From: a virus
DNA: 64,000 nucleotides
Virus record (IMG/VR): IMGVR_UViG_3300045988_151747
Direction: 5' to 3' (one strand)
Made by a program: the position numbers and the translations under genes. A model generated the notes under the pieces. It saw nothing but the letters and a program-made list of their open reading frames with translations. It ran no database searches and was not told the DNA's origin. Of this stretch, positions 9,842-19,593 are shown piece by piece; position 1 is the stretch's first letter; every line of letters starts with the position of its first letter.

Positions 9842-11205
9842 CGTATAAATTCTAATTCGGTACTGGTTCCATTGGAATCCCACACATGGCGCAAGGCTCT
9901 TAAAAAATAACGGCTGGTATGGTTTGTTGTGTCATACCGTAGTATTCCGCGTATCGGATAAGACCTTTGGGAGCGTATATCCAAATCCTGATTAACCGTA
10001 GCTTCCACGGTTATTCCGAAAAACGCACGGTCAAAAACAGCGGTTTCCGCATCCACAATCTTGGTCTGCTTGTAATAGTAACGTGCATATTCGGGTGATT
10101 CCTGTTTAATGGGAACGCCACTGCTCCACTTCATATCGGTTATTCCCGAATTACGTATCTTGTCAGCCAGTTCGGGATTGGTACGGTTTATGTATTCAAC
10201 CTTGGCTTCATCAAGTTCATACATATAGATAACTTTTCTGCCGTTTTCCTCACCGATTTCACTTACCTGCATTTTAACGTCACCCGTTTCCATATCCACG
10301 TCATAGGATGAACGAACCACAGCATTGGCTTGGTCTATATCCTCGGTAACGGAAACGCTTCTCATTATACGTGGACGGTTCCACCTTGTGTCGGAAAATC
10401 TCTGTACTTCGGAAGCGTTGACATTTTCCACTTTCAATTTGTCACCCTGCAAAGGATATACAAATGAAATCTCATCATTAATCGTATTCGCAGCCCTGTT
10501 TATATCCACGAAATAGAAGTATTCCGTACCGTCACGAACCTCCGTCCATATTGTGCATCCATAGGACTTTGCCAAAGATAACAAGAATTTCCAATCGGAG
10601 ATATTTTTTTGATACCTAATATGTGTGGAAGTGAATGTTTCCCCTGCTTTTGCAGAGGGCAGCGATATTTCGCCCACTACCATACCACACTCTTCCACTA
10701 TTCCGCGTATAAGGTTTTCCAACGTTATGGTTGTTCTTCCTTTGGCAAAAGGACGTTTGCTATTAGGGTCGGGATAAGTGAAATTATTGTAGGTGTCCTT
10801 TCCCATCTGGTTAAACGAGTACCCCATACATTCTACCCGGAAACGTATTTTACCGTTATCCGGACAGTCAAGGTATATACGTGTGACAGTGCCGGAGAAA
10901 ACTTTCCGCACTCCTTTACCGTCACCATCGTAGTAACCACCGAAAAGGACAATCCACATTCCTAGGAACATACGGTAAATAAGGACATCCGCGTGCTTGT
11001 CAACTGTAAAGGTCAGCTTGTTAATCAAATCCGCGGTTTCCTCATATACCACAGGATATGCGACACATTCCTCTATGTCCATATAGGAAGCGAATTTATC
11101 GGCATTGTATCTCAATCCCTTGGAAGAGAACTTGTCATTACCTTGCGGACGGCTGTCACGTGGGTAAAGACGAATCTTAAACTGAGGTTGTATCGGTTGG
11201 AACAT
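9838..11205 (-). CDS. Baseplate hub / late-control gpD-like tail protein
   Basis: 455 aa, placed after the tape measure and LysM protein as in P2/Mu-type tails. The assignment rests on size and gene order. Confidence 0.55.
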   Translation of the reverse strand: MFQPIQPQFKIRLYPRDSRPQGNDKFSSKGLRYNADKFASYMDIEECVAYPVVYEETADLINKLTFTVDKHADVLIYRMFLGMWIVLFGGYYDGDGKGVRKVFSGTVTRIYLDCPDNGKIRFRVECMGYSFNQMGKDTYNNFTYPDPNSKRPFAKGRTTITLENLIRGIVEECGMVVGEISLPSAKAGETFTSTHIRYQKNISDWKFLLSLAKSYGCTIWTEVRDGTEYFYFVDINRAANTINDEISFVYPLQGDKLKVENVNASEVQRFSDTRWNRPRIMRSVSVTEDIDQANAVVRSSYDVDMETGDVKMQVSEIGEENGRKVIYMYELDEAKVEYINRTNPELADKIRNSGITDMKWSSGVPIKQESPEYARYYYKQTKIVDAETAVFDRAFFGITVEATVNQDLDIRSQRSYPIRGILRYDTTNHTSRYFLRALRHVWDSNGTSTELEFIR

Positions 11206-11509
11206 TGCTGTATTTTGTTGTTAGAATATCACTATCTCTTATTATCACTCTGGGAAGCCGGATAATATCACCCGTTTTCCAATCATCGGGCATACGTGGT
11301 GGGTTGTTATCCGCAATGTACGTCCACATATATTCAAGACCGTCACCGAAAATCCTTGCGGCTATCGTGTACAGATTTTCGTGAGCCTTTATAACGTAGT
11401 TGTACCACTCATAAGTTATGCTTTTATCCTTTACGGGATAATGCAAAACCTTGCCCCCCAAAAACTGGGAAACAAGGTTCTTAGTATTATAAAAATTAGG
11501 GCTTATCAT
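11177..11509 (-). CDS. LysM-domain tail protein (gpX-like)
   Basis: YVIKAHENLYTIAARIFGDG...YIADNNP...GDIIRLP fits the LysM pattern. The position between tape measure and hub also fits. Confidence 0.6.
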   Translation of the reverse strand: MISPNFYNTKNLVSQFLGGKVLHYPVKDKSITYEWYNYVIKAHENLYTIAARIFGDGLEYMWTYIADNNPPRMPDDWKTGDIIRLPRVIIRDSDILTTKYSNVPTDTTSV

Positions 11510-12249
11510 TTTTCGGGTATCATTATATGGGTTAAACTCTGGTACTCAAACACTCCTATTTCCACATCCACCGTTGCCCTTATGGGCGTAAGGTCCGAAT
11601 CGAACAATGTGTAATTTACAGGAGCGCTTTTCAAAACACCTTCCAAGTATATCGGACCCAGTGCGAACACAAGCGTAGCCGGTGGTCTGAACTGGTTCAT
11701 TGAAACAACTCCTCCCTGTGCGAATTTGGGGGTTTCCTCATTATCCACTGGTGCTGGATAGAGGAAAGACTGTAACAGTTCCACTTTGTCAAGCACCCCT
11801 CTCTCATGTGCACGTGTACGGGAATACGCTCCCGAACTGGTCCACTGGAAAGCGTTCTTGTTGGTACTGGTTCCGTCAATCTGGTCGGCAAGAACATCCG
11901 GACGGAAAGTGGCAATATGGCTTTGGGGAGTATCATCCAAGAATAACTGGAAACTTACTATCCGTTCACCCCCATTGCTCCAATTATAATCGTTGTACGG
12001 TAATCCGGCATAAGGACGCACCTCGTATTCGGTGGTCTTATTGTCAGATATGGTCTGTGGGTTAAACTGGAAGAAATAACCTTTTTCCCACAGGCTTTTT
12101 TTCAAATCCTCGGAACTGATTATTATCCCACGTGTAAGCGTGTAACCTCTGTGGTTTCTTCCGGAGTCACCCGAAAAAGCATTTGACGTTCCACTCCGGA
12201 AAAGGGAGTAGAACGGTCTGAACATTGTAGATGAAAATATTTCCGGCAT
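11506..12249 (-). CDS. Tube-initiator / tail tube-like baseplate protein (tentative)
   Basis: FQFNPQTISDNKTTEYEV...GGERIVSFQLFLDD resembles the N-terminal tube-fold motif of contractile-injection-system tube/initiator proteins. Lies directly after the tape measure. Confidence 0.4.
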   Translation of the reverse strand: MPEIFSSTMFRPFYSLFRSGTSNAFSGDSGRNHRGYTLTRGIIISSEDLKKSLWEKGYFFQFNPQTISDNKTTEYEVRPYAGLPYNDYNWSNGGERIVSFQLFLDDTPQSHIATFRPDVLADQIDGTSTNKNAFQWTSSGAYSRTRAHERGVLDKVELLQSFLYPAPVDNEETPKFAQGGVVSMNQFRPPATLVFALGPIYLEGVLKSAPVNYTLFDSDLTPIRATVDVEIGVFEYQSLTHIMIPEK

Positions 12250-14294
12250 TATACACCTCCTCTTATTCTGTTATCACGTTGAATATCACTAAGAACACGC
12301 CTTATCTCCTGTGCAAGGCGTCTTTCATCAATATTCTCCCCTTTTTGGACAATAATCTGTACCGCCCCATTTCCCAATACTACACTCTGGTTTTCAGTAG
12401 TGTTCTGACTTACAGGTGGAGTTCCTGAAATAATCGGGTTAGGTGTAGGTACTGAATCCGTAGGAGTTACAGAATTTCCACCCCAAGTATAGTCACCAAA
12501 ACCATGCTTGTTTGCCAAATCACGGGCAGCATCAGCAATATCCCTGTTAGTGTTCCGTAGAAAATCAGTGTTTCTGAAAAAATCCACCGCACCGATAGCA
12601 GGGTTAAGAGTTCCTGCCGCCCATTTTACCATAGGCATGATAAACTTGTTTATCTTACCGATAGGGTTTATGATGTTTTCCCTCATCCACTTTACAACAG
12701 AGTTGTTCTTAAATGCATCCCACATGGCGTTTATATTGGGGATAAGACCTTTCACCGCTTCGGAAACAGGGTCTATGACATAATTGATAAAACCGTCTTT
12801 CAATCCTTGCCACCCGATTCTTACTTGGGTAAACAACCATACAAAGGAGTTCCAAACAATCTGTATGGATTCCTTTATTCCGGAGAAAATACGGTTTATG
12901 AAATTCCTGAATTTCTCACATTTTGCGTACAGAACCGTAAATGCGGTTGTAGCCAGTATTATCCAGCCTACGGGATTGGTTGCATTTAGGGCAGTCCATA
13001 CGGCTGTTATTATAGCCGGGAGATTTCTCAATATCGAAACGACAAAGAGAAGCGAACGTCCTATACCGCCTACGAATTTTCCTGTGGCGGTTATTTTCAT
13101 TATGCTGAGTAACGTGTCAAGGGCTGCTTTGAATCCTGTCTGTGTAACAATACGGGAGATAAGTTTCAATCTGCTCCAAAATGTTGTAAGGTATTTACCC
13201 AAGGTAAGAGTAACCCCACGTTTTCCACCAAATAACGGAATCGCCATCAGTGCGGCACGGAAAGCCTTTACGGAAGCAATGGCAGCATTGCTTATGACAA
13301 ACACACTCTTCAAAGCCTGATATGCGATAAGCAATTTAAGAACTGTCTTTATTTCCTCCTTGTATGTTTTGAAAAATGAAACAACCCGTAGTTTCCAAAA
13401 CTCCAATACGACTACAAGTGTCCTCATTCTTTCGACAAAGGTTTCACTTGTACCGAAAATAAAGTTAACCGCCTGTTTAGCCTGTCTGCCCAACCATACC
13501 ATTATATGACCGATTTGCCGGACAACCCAGCCGAGAACTATGCCCACACCTTTTCCGTACTGTACGATACTTTGGTAATTTCGTGCGAAAGCATCAGCCA
13601 CGGATTTAAGAGCGCCCACAGTTTGCCCGTAAAGACTGTTAGGGTCATTCGGTTTTCCCACAATACCCGTGAGGAATCCCTTCATATTGGCATTTAACCT
13701 TTTCATCTGGTCTTGTATTGTGAGAAAGTCGTTTTTGATTAGTTCCTGCAATCCCTTATGTTGCTTTACGAAATTAAGCACTGCCTGTTGGCGCTGTATA
13801 GTGTTGGCACGATATTTTTCAAAGTACCTTGTTGACCTCTGTGTCATTAGACCCATATCAACTAGAGCCTGCATATTTCCCTGTATTCCCTGTGATATGG
13901 CGTTTGCGAACTGTGCATAGGATTTTCCCGTAGCATGAGCCGCCTTGTTTATAAACTCGAAGTTCTCCCCTACTTTCACTCCCACAGCCATAAGAGAGTT
14001 CATGCCTCGTAGCTGGTCGTCAACGGAGAAGAACGACTGTCCTTTTATAAGTCTGTTCTGAGCCGCCTCCATAGCTTTCATGGTGGAGAGGATGCCACCG
14101 AAGCGGAGGGAATTTTCCCGTAATGTGTCAACGTACTTCTCGGCATTAGTCCTTAAAGCATAATAGGCTGATGCCAGCGTAAGCGTAGCACCAGTCAATC
14201 TCACCAATTTGTTTACTGTACTTTGGGCTATGGTAATTCCGAAATCATACGTGAATTGGGAATTGTTGCCCGATGTTGCTCTAGGTATTGCCAT
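12249..14294 (-). CDS. Tail tape measure protein
   Basis: 681 aa, helical and Ala/Leu/Lys-rich with central hydrophobic segments. Canonical position downstream of sheath, tube and chaperone genes. Confidence 0.75.
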   Translation of the reverse strand: MAIPRATSGNNSQFTYDFGITIAQSTVNKLVRLTGATLTLASAYYALRTNAEKYVDTLRENSLRFGGILSTMKAMEAAQNRLIKGQSFFSVDDQLRGMNSLMAVGVKVGENFEFINKAAHATGKSYAQFANAISQGIQGNMQALVDMGLMTQRSTRYFEKYRANTIQRQQAVLNFVKQHKGLQELIKNDFLTIQDQMKRLNANMKGFLTGIVGKPNDPNSLYGQTVGALKSVADAFARNYQSIVQYGKGVGIVLGWVVRQIGHIMVWLGRQAKQAVNFIFGTSETFVERMRTLVVVLEFWKLRVVSFFKTYKEEIKTVLKLLIAYQALKSVFVISNAAIASVKAFRAALMAIPLFGGKRGVTLTLGKYLTTFWSRLKLISRIVTQTGFKAALDTLLSIMKITATGKFVGGIGRSLLFVVSILRNLPAIITAVWTALNATNPVGWIILATTAFTVLYAKCEKFRNFINRIFSGIKESIQIVWNSFVWLFTQVRIGWQGLKDGFINYVIDPVSEAVKGLIPNINAMWDAFKNNSVVKWMRENIINPIGKINKFIMPMVKWAAGTLNPAIGAVDFFRNTDFLRNTNRDIADAARDLANKHGFGDYTWGGNSVTPTDSVPTPNPIISGTPPVSQNTTENQSVVLGNGAVQIIVQKGENIDERRLAQEIRRVLSDIQRDNRIRGGV

Positions 14295-14296
14295 AA

Positions 14297-14572
14297 CTAT
14301 TTTTCTTCATTTTGTTTTTGTTCCTTTCTGATAAGGTCCATTTCCATGCGGAATATTTTATCCCTTTCCTCAGAATCCATACACATTATACGGGAATAGT
14401 CCTGACCCAGACGTTTCATAAGAATATATGCCTTTGACGTTAAATCGTACTGATTATCCTGTTCCTCCGCAGTTTCTCTAGGTAAAAAAAGAGCACCCTT
14501 TTGCATAGCCCATTGGGTAAACTGGGGGTACTCTTTATGCCAAAAGTGATAATCAGACGGAGAAAACGTCAT
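14297..14572 (-). CDS. Hypothetical protein in the tail-assembly-chaperone position
   Basis: 91-aa ORF with an ATGA overlap to the upstream ORF. Lies between tube and tape measure. Confidence 0.5.
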   Translation of the reverse strand: MTFSPSDYHFWHKEYPQFTQWAMQKGALFLPRETAEEQDNQYDLTSKAYILMKRLGQDYSRIMCMDSEERDKIFRMEMDLIRKEQKQNEEK

Positions 14573-15453
14573 TCCGAGAAAAAATTGCTCACGTCCATTA
14601 CCATAGGAATCTCACGGGCTTCCGAGCAACCGCAAGGCTCGTAATAGGCAAAAGGTAGAGTAGGAAGATATTCCATCAATTCATTTCGGATAGTTCTCAA
14701 GTCAATACCATCCAGATACTCGTTGAACATCTTGAGTCCGTAGTAGGTATGAAATTCAGAGGGGAGCACGTCAGTTACTTTTCCCTTTTTGTCCACACAC
14801 TCGATTCTTTCAAGACAACTCATTGCTATACGCCGCCAAAAACCTATGCTATCAGTAAAATATTTCTCGTGGTTTATGGCATCTTCAAGCAATGGAGGTC
14901 TGAACACGAAGCGGTTGTATGTACGCTCGGTTATGCCTGCATACTCTTCTCTTGTTGTAATCTTCGGCAGTACGGGAGGACGGAAACCCCGTTTCAATTT
15001 AACTGGAATCTCATCGTAGTTGGGCATGGTTTCCATTCTTTCCTTCACTTCCGGCAGATAATCAATTTTGTCCAAATCAATATCCGCAAGCAGACGTTTT
15101 CCGCAATACTTGCAGATTATTTCCTGTTTTGGAAAGAAAGATACCCACACCCTTCTGTGAATCTCAACCATAAGGGTATTGATTTCGGACATGGGTAACT
15201 TTCTAACGGCACTCGGAATAGTAACAGAGCCTTCTTCAAGATACTTCTTGCGTACTTCGGCTCCAATCTGAATGTTCCCTATACTTTTTACGGCTGCGGA
15301 AACGACATTTCCCTGCCAAGTATAGGGTTTTTCAGATAATCTTTTCAAAAATATCTTTTCAGCAACACCATTAGTCGATAACAGTTCTACGTTTGTATGA
15401 ATCTCACCGTTGATTCTTAATCCTACGGGCAGTTCAAAGAATAAATTTTCCAT
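14569..15453 (-). CDS. Hypothetical protein in the tail-assembly-chaperone position, with a Cys pair (CKYCG) and a CGC motif
   Basis: 294-aa ORF directly after the tube gene. Contains ICKYCGKR and YEPCGCSE. No slippery frameshift site was seen at its end. Confidence 0.5.
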   Translation of the reverse strand: MENLFFELPVGLRINGEIHTNVELLSTNGVAEKIFLKRLSEKPYTWQGNVVSAAVKSIGNIQIGAEVRKKYLEEGSVTIPSAVRKLPMSEINTLMVEIHRRVWVSFFPKQEIICKYCGKRLLADIDLDKIDYLPEVKERMETMPNYDEIPVKLKRGFRPPVLPKITTREEYAGITERTYNRFVFRPPLLEDAINHEKYFTDSIGFWRRIAMSCLERIECVDKKGKVTDVLPSEFHTYYGLKMFNEYLDGIDLRTIRNELMEYLPTLPFAYYEPCGCSEAREIPMVMDVSNFFSE

Positions 15454-15485
15454 ATTACGATTAGTGTTTTTAAGTTAGTTACTAT

Positions 15486-15944
15486 TTACGCACCTACTGG
15501 AATAATATCCCAGCCATCACAGGTAGCTCCGTAGGAAACTGTGAATTTCTCTTCGCTGGAAATATCGAATGTAGGATAGTTTGCGGACAGGAATCTGAAC
15601 CCCTCGAATACGATAGTGAACACTTCCTTTCCGTTGTGCATCTTGACAGCCTGAACAGGCAATTTAAGTCCGTTTTCAATCATCTGGTTTACCAGTATTT
15701 CCAAAGCACGGTCAGTAACGTTACCTTGGTATGAACGGGTAAGCGTCATTTCTCCGTAATCTGTCAACTGTGTGGAGAACTTGTATTTACGGTTTGTTCC
15801 TGCATCCACGGTTTCTACCGTACCCGACTGTTTCTGCATACCTTCCAAAGTTTCAAAGATAGCATCACTCATAATGCCGGGAACAGGAATGTTCAAGTAC
15901 CACCCGTTGGCTACATATACATCTTGTGGTTTCTGTGGTTTCAT
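15486..15944 (-). CDS. Tail tube protein
   Basis: 152 aa immediately downstream of the sheath gene. Size and beta-rich composition are typical of contractile-tail tube proteins. Confidence 0.7.
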   Translation of the reverse strand: MKPQKPQDVYVANGWYLNIPVPGIMSDAIFETLEGMQKQSGTVETVDAGTNRKYKFSTQLTDYGEMTLTRSYQGNVTDRALEILVNQMIENGLKLPVQAVKMHNGKEVFTIVFEGFRFLSANYPTFDISSEEKFTVSYGATCDGWDIIPVGA

Positions 15945-15945
15945 A

Positions 15946-17667
15946 TTATTCCTCCGTTTCCGTTGTTGTTAATACACTGTCATTTCTTAACAATGAGATA
16001 TGGACACTTTCCGTACATTCGGTAGGAATCCACAAAATATCAATGTTAAGCAATTTTCTGTCCTGAGTATTGGGATTGTTGCTCTTGTCACAGATACCTT
16101 GGTATGCAGTGTCAAAATCAACGCTTCTTTCCAAAGCACCGTTATCATATTCGGTCTTGAAGAAGTTTCTGGCTTCCACAAGAGCCTCACGTTTAAGTTC
16201 GGGAGTATTCGGTTTCTGTTCCAAGAAACGCATCTTGGAATTAAGTGAACGTACATAGTAGGAAGTCTGCAATCTCACATGAATACTCTTGTACAAATCA
16301 TTGGTAGAATAAGTACGGGAACTTCCAATGTAATACCCTGTATTCTCAACGTACTGGATAATGTTACATGAGAACTGTTGAACCAGCTTATTAATAACCG
16401 TCTGTGACAGTCTTTGCGGAATCATCTCCATAACATTGTTGAACAGGGAGTCAATTCCTGCCGGTGGAATATGGATAAAGTCACCCTGCAAATAAGGAGT
16501 ACGGATAAATCCTGCACCCAATACAGGACCCATTACAGGAATCATAACAGGGTTTCCGCTATCATCCGGAACCGTACACCATTCCATATAGCTACACAAG
16601 TAACTGATGCCCGAAGTCTGGAACTCCATAGCGTACAATTCGGCAGTACCTTCATCGGCATTTAACGGCAAATTACAGATACCTATGGCGTTTTTCTGCT
16701 CCTTACAATAAGCATGAAGAACTTTAGCCATAGAAAGTGAGTGGTATTCAGTTACTCCGATAATCTGAACATCGAATCCGTCAAACGCAGCAAGACCCGT
16801 AGGACTGTCCGTAGTACCTCCCGGCTTGTAATCGTTCTCCGTGATTTCACCGTCAACACCGTTTGCAAGTTTGGCAACAAATGTCTTATCCTCACGCACC
16901 TTTACAGCAGCACCTTCCACAGCGGTAATGGCACGGCTGGTAAGTGTTAGTTTTGTTGCGGAAGCTATCGCCGCGATAGTACCTACAAGTTTTCCATTAG
17001 AATCATACAGAACATTTCCGACTTTCAATGAAGTGAATGTGGTTCCCGAACCTGTAACTTCATTGCTTGAAGTATTGGCGGTTACAGTGCCGGTTACATC
17101 CTTGAACTTCATTTTTTCAATTTCACCGTTGAAAGTAACAGTAACATATTTGCTCACTTTGTTTACTGCATCCTGAATTTCAGCCAGTGTTCCGTAATTG
17201 TACTGTTCGGGAGTATTGGTCTTGTATTGTACGATAAGAGAGAACATATCTCTTACCAGTGACCCGTAGGAATACAGGGTAACAGTGATTCCGTTAGCCC
17301 ATGCTCCGGGGTCTGGAGTACCTTTATAGGCAGCATTAACCACCATAGTTACCGAAGAACCCGAATCCAAATTCACAGTAGCCGTAGCAGCCTTTGCGGT
17401 CACAGCCACCATTCTGGCAAGGTAAAGGGTAACAGGTGCATCCCCTGCTTCATCAAAGATACTCTTAACAATACGAGGTCCATAAAAAGCATCATTCTGT
17501 CCTCCGAAAATCACATTGAAATCTTCCATAGATGTAATCTTGGTAGCCTTGAAAGCACCACCACGATTAAATTGTCCGGCAAGACCAATGTTTCTCTTGG
17601 AAGCATCTCTAAAAGGGGAAACACCATTGTTTACACCCTCGGTAATTGTTAAACCTACGTTTGCCAT
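15946..17667 (-). CDS. Contractile tail sheath protein
   Basis: 573 aa. The N-terminus (GVxxxE...IGLAGQFNRG...ITSMEDFNVIFGG) and the conserved C-terminal block resemble phage sheath proteins. Followed by tube and tape measure genes. Confidence 0.8.
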   Translation of the reverse strand: MANVGLTITEGVNNGVSPFRDASKRNIGLAGQFNRGGAFKATKITSMEDFNVIFGGQNDAFYGPRIVKSIFDEAGDAPVTLYLARMVAVTAKAATATVNLDSGSSVTMVVNAAYKGTPDPGAWANGITVTLYSYGSLVRDMFSLIVQYKTNTPEQYNYGTLAEIQDAVNKVSKYVTVTFNGEIEKMKFKDVTGTVTANTSSNEVTGSGTTFTSLKVGNVLYDSNGKLVGTIAAIASATKLTLTSRAITAVEGAAVKVREDKTFVAKLANGVDGEITENDYKPGGTTDSPTGLAAFDGFDVQIIGVTEYHSLSMAKVLHAYCKEQKNAIGICNLPLNADEGTAELYAMEFQTSGISYLCSYMEWCTVPDDSGNPVMIPVMGPVLGAGFIRTPYLQGDFIHIPPAGIDSLFNNVMEMIPQRLSQTVINKLVQQFSCNIIQYVENTGYYIGSSRTYSTNDLYKSIHVRLQTSYYVRSLNSKMRFLEQKPNTPELKREALVEARNFFKTEYDNGALERSVDFDTAYQGICDKSNNPNTQDRKLLNIDILWIPTECTESVHISLLRNDSVLTTTETEE

Positions 17668-17692
17668 TTTTCTTGTTTTTAAAATTAATTAT

Positions 17693-18112
17693 CTATTTAA
17701 AAATCACTCCTAGGACAACTCCCAAAAGTGTTGCACCAACTCCCACTTTATACAGGTTTCTCCTGTACCGTTTTTTGTTATTAGTGATTTGTTTCTGTAA
17801 ATCATCCGATAAAGCGGTGGTTTCCATGTACTTTTTATCAGTAATGGCTATAATAGAATCCTGTTTTTCAATAATACTGTTCTGAAAATAAGAGAGGGAA
17901 TCAGAAATAGCTAAATCCATCTGGAGAATTTTGTTAGTTTCCTCCAAATGGATAGCCTTATTTATTGTACGATTAATATCAATGAGTTGCTGTCGGGTTA
18001 TTGCCAGTAGTGTGTCGGGTCCGAGATGAATCAATCTCGGATAAGTAGTCTGAGAGAAACCTAATATTGTACTCCCAATCACCATTAGCAATAGCAGAAT
18101 CCTTTTTCTCAT
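17693..18112 (-). CDS. Lysis-cassette membrane protein with an N-terminal signal-like segment and a C-terminal TMD (spanin-like topology, no lipobox Cys)
   Basis: MRKRILLLLMVIGSTILGFSQ..., then a coiled-coil-like middle and ...VGVGATLLGVVLGVIFK. Starts inside the 3' end of ORF 17979..18374 in another frame. Confidence 0.5.
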   Translation of the reverse strand: MRKRILLLLMVIGSTILGFSQTTYPRLIHLGPDTLLAITRQQLIDINRTINKAIHLEETNKILQMDLAISDSLSYFQNSIIEKQDSIIAITDKKYMETTALSDDLQKQITNNKKRYRRNLYKVGVGATLLGVVLGVIFK

Positions 18113-18374
18113 ATTCCTTCAAGATTATTTCGATTTGTTGCTCCAAGACTTCACGTTGCCCTTTCAAGAGAACCATTTCAGCCTCGAATTTAGCTACATC
18201 ACCTTTAAGCTCTTGAATAGTATCATTCAAAACCTTTATTTTCTCCAAGTATTCCTCATAGGTTATCTGTGGAGAACTGGAGGTAACGCTACTCTTTGGC
18301 ACAAATATAATAAATATAAATGCACAAACAGCCAATGCAGCCAAAAATAATATCACAACTTTCTTATTTTTCAT
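17979..18374 (-). CDS. i-spanin-like protein (N-terminal TMD plus coiled coil)
   Basis: MKNKKVVILFLAALAVCAFIFIIF, then a helical Glu/Lys-rich region. Lies immediately after the amidase gene. Confidence 0.5.
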   Translation of the reverse strand: MKNKKVVILFLAALAVCAFIFIIFVPKSSVTSSSPQITYEEYLEKIKVLNDTIQELKGDVAKFEAEMVLLKGQREVLEQQIEIILKEYEKKDSAIANGDWEYNIRFLSDYLSEIDSSRTRHTTGNNPTATH

Positions 18375-18984
18375 CTTTTCCGAAATAGTCGTTTATTGAT
18401 TCGATAGCTTCTACGAGTGAATCTTCAAACCTTTTGTTAGTACGGTGGGATTGAAGTTCCTTAACATCCTCTTTATTGTCCTGAAACAACCATTCAATTA
18501 ATACACCCATATAGCCGTTCCCCATAAGAACGGTAAAATTTTCCTCGAAATCCTTTTCAAGATTGGTAGGCTTGTACATTCTGACTTTAAATTCGGGGAA
18601 GTCTTTTTTGAACTTCTCGATAATAAAGTCAGCGCATACGTCAGATTTGGTAACACCCTTGCTTGTATATACAGCGATTCCACGTGCGTTCATCCATTGA
18701 GAACCATTTCCAGCCGCATTATTATGCAAGGATAACAACAGTTTGGGCTTGTCAGATTTCAGACTGGAAGCGAAATTTTTCCGCTTGGAAAGACCCGGTT
18801 CATTTTCAGAATCGGTAGTCTTGTAAACTTCATATCCCATTGCCTCCAATATTACTTTCAGTTCCCTAACTCTGTCACGGCTCCATCGGTATTCCCTATG
18901 CACACCATCGGGAGAGCGCTTACCTGGAACATCCTCACCATGAGCAGGGTCTAAAATAATCGTAATGTTCTTTTTCATTATCAT
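18364..18984 (-). CDS. N-acetylmuramoyl-L-alanine amidase (endolysin, Amidase_3-like)
   Basis: ITIILDPAHGEDVPGKRSP..., ...LLLSLHNNAAGNG... and ...ARGIAVYTS match zinc amidase motifs. Confidence 0.85.
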   Translation of the reverse strand: MIMKKNITIILDPAHGEDVPGKRSPDGVHREYRWSRDRVRELKVILEAMGYEVYKTTDSENEPGLSKRKNFASSLKSDKPKLLLSLHNNAAGNGSQWMNARGIAVYTSKGVTKSDVCADFIIEKFKKDFPEFKVRMYKPTNLEKDFEENFTVLMGNGYMGVLIEWLFQDNKEDVKELQSHRTNKRFEDSLVEAIESINDYFGKDEK

Positions 18985-19349
18985 ACTCCAAACACTAGTT
19001 TTAATATGCTGATAACACTTGAACCGAATAATCCCGACAGTAAGGAAATAATGCCTAAGAAAAGAAACAGTGATAATCTTGGATTCTTGATAAGGAATTT
19101 AACCCTATCAAATAGTTCCCTGTTACCATACACAGGACAATTGTCCATATCTTTTTTATACTTGGTTATAGCCTCAAGCACACTGTCAAGTTTCCTGTTT
19201 GTTTCAGAAAGACTTCCCTGTAACTCCTGCTGACGCTCGGCAAGACCCTTTACGGAATCCTGTACCAAATGGGCGAGTAAGAGAAGTTTTCTATCCTGCG
19301 GATTATCTTTCTCACACATTACTTCCAAACTGTCGATAATCTTATTCAT
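18981..19349 (-). CDS. Hypothetical protein with a C-terminal transmembrane anchor (possible holin/antiholin partner)
   Basis: 122 aa with C-terminal LSLFLFLGIISLLSGLFGSSVISILKLVFGV. Lies directly upstream of the amidase. Confidence 0.45.
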   Translation of the reverse strand: MNKIIDSLEVMCEKDNPQDRKLLLLAHLVQDSVKGLAERQQELQGSLSETNRKLDSVLEAITKYKKDMDNCPVYGNRELFDRVKFLIKNPRLSLFLFLGIISLLSGLFGSSVISILKLVFGV

Positions 19350-19540
19350 TGTTCTATATGGAGATTATTAAAGTCCGTGGGAATTACCATATCTTTGGGC
19401 ACAATCGTGGTTTTACCCGGAAGAAACACATAGATTTTTCCATTATGTGATAGTTCAATACGGAAATTTCCTCGGTTATGAACCGTTTTGTTCTTTTTCT
19501 CCTGTACCGACTGAACCTCGTTAGTATCCTTTTTTCCCAT
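19346..19540 (-). CDS. Hypothetical protein
   Basis: 64-aa ORF preceded by a consensus Bacteroidetes promoter. Confidence 0.45.
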   Translation of the reverse strand: MGKKDTNEVQSVQEKKNKTVHNRGNFRIELSHNGKIYVFLPGKTTIVPKDMVIPTDFNNLHIEQ

Positions 19541-19559
19541 AATAGTTACTTTTTATTTC

Positions 19560-19590
19560 CAAATATACTATATTATTTCTATAAGACAAA
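19560..19590 (-). promoter_or_regulatory. Bacteroidetes sigma-A-type promoter (TTTG-N19-TATATTTG)
   Basis: Minus strand reads ggaaTTTGtcttatagaaataatatagTATATTTGgaaat, about 20 nt upstream of the ATG at 19540. Confidence 0.6.
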
Positions 19591-19593
19591 TTC

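Noticed and set aside
2338-13320. Many + strand ORFs of 60-180 aa from the six-frame track lie inside the tail genes, e.g. 2338..2685, 3019..3537, 6151..6684, 7888..8340, 8428..8733, 10609..10965 and 12784..13320.
   Set aside because: Each lies antisense to a long minus-strand gene that is well supported by motifs. Their compositions are low-complexity or Ser/Pro/Leu-rich, as expected for shadow frames. None has a promoter or sits in a gap in the minus-strand tiling.
14297-15453. Programmed -1 frameshift between the two ORFs in the chaperone position, like gpG/GT.
   Set aside because: The junction is a simple ATGA stop/start overlap (TTCTCGGAATGACG) with no slippery heptamer. The upstream ORF (294 aa) is also much larger than typical chaperones.
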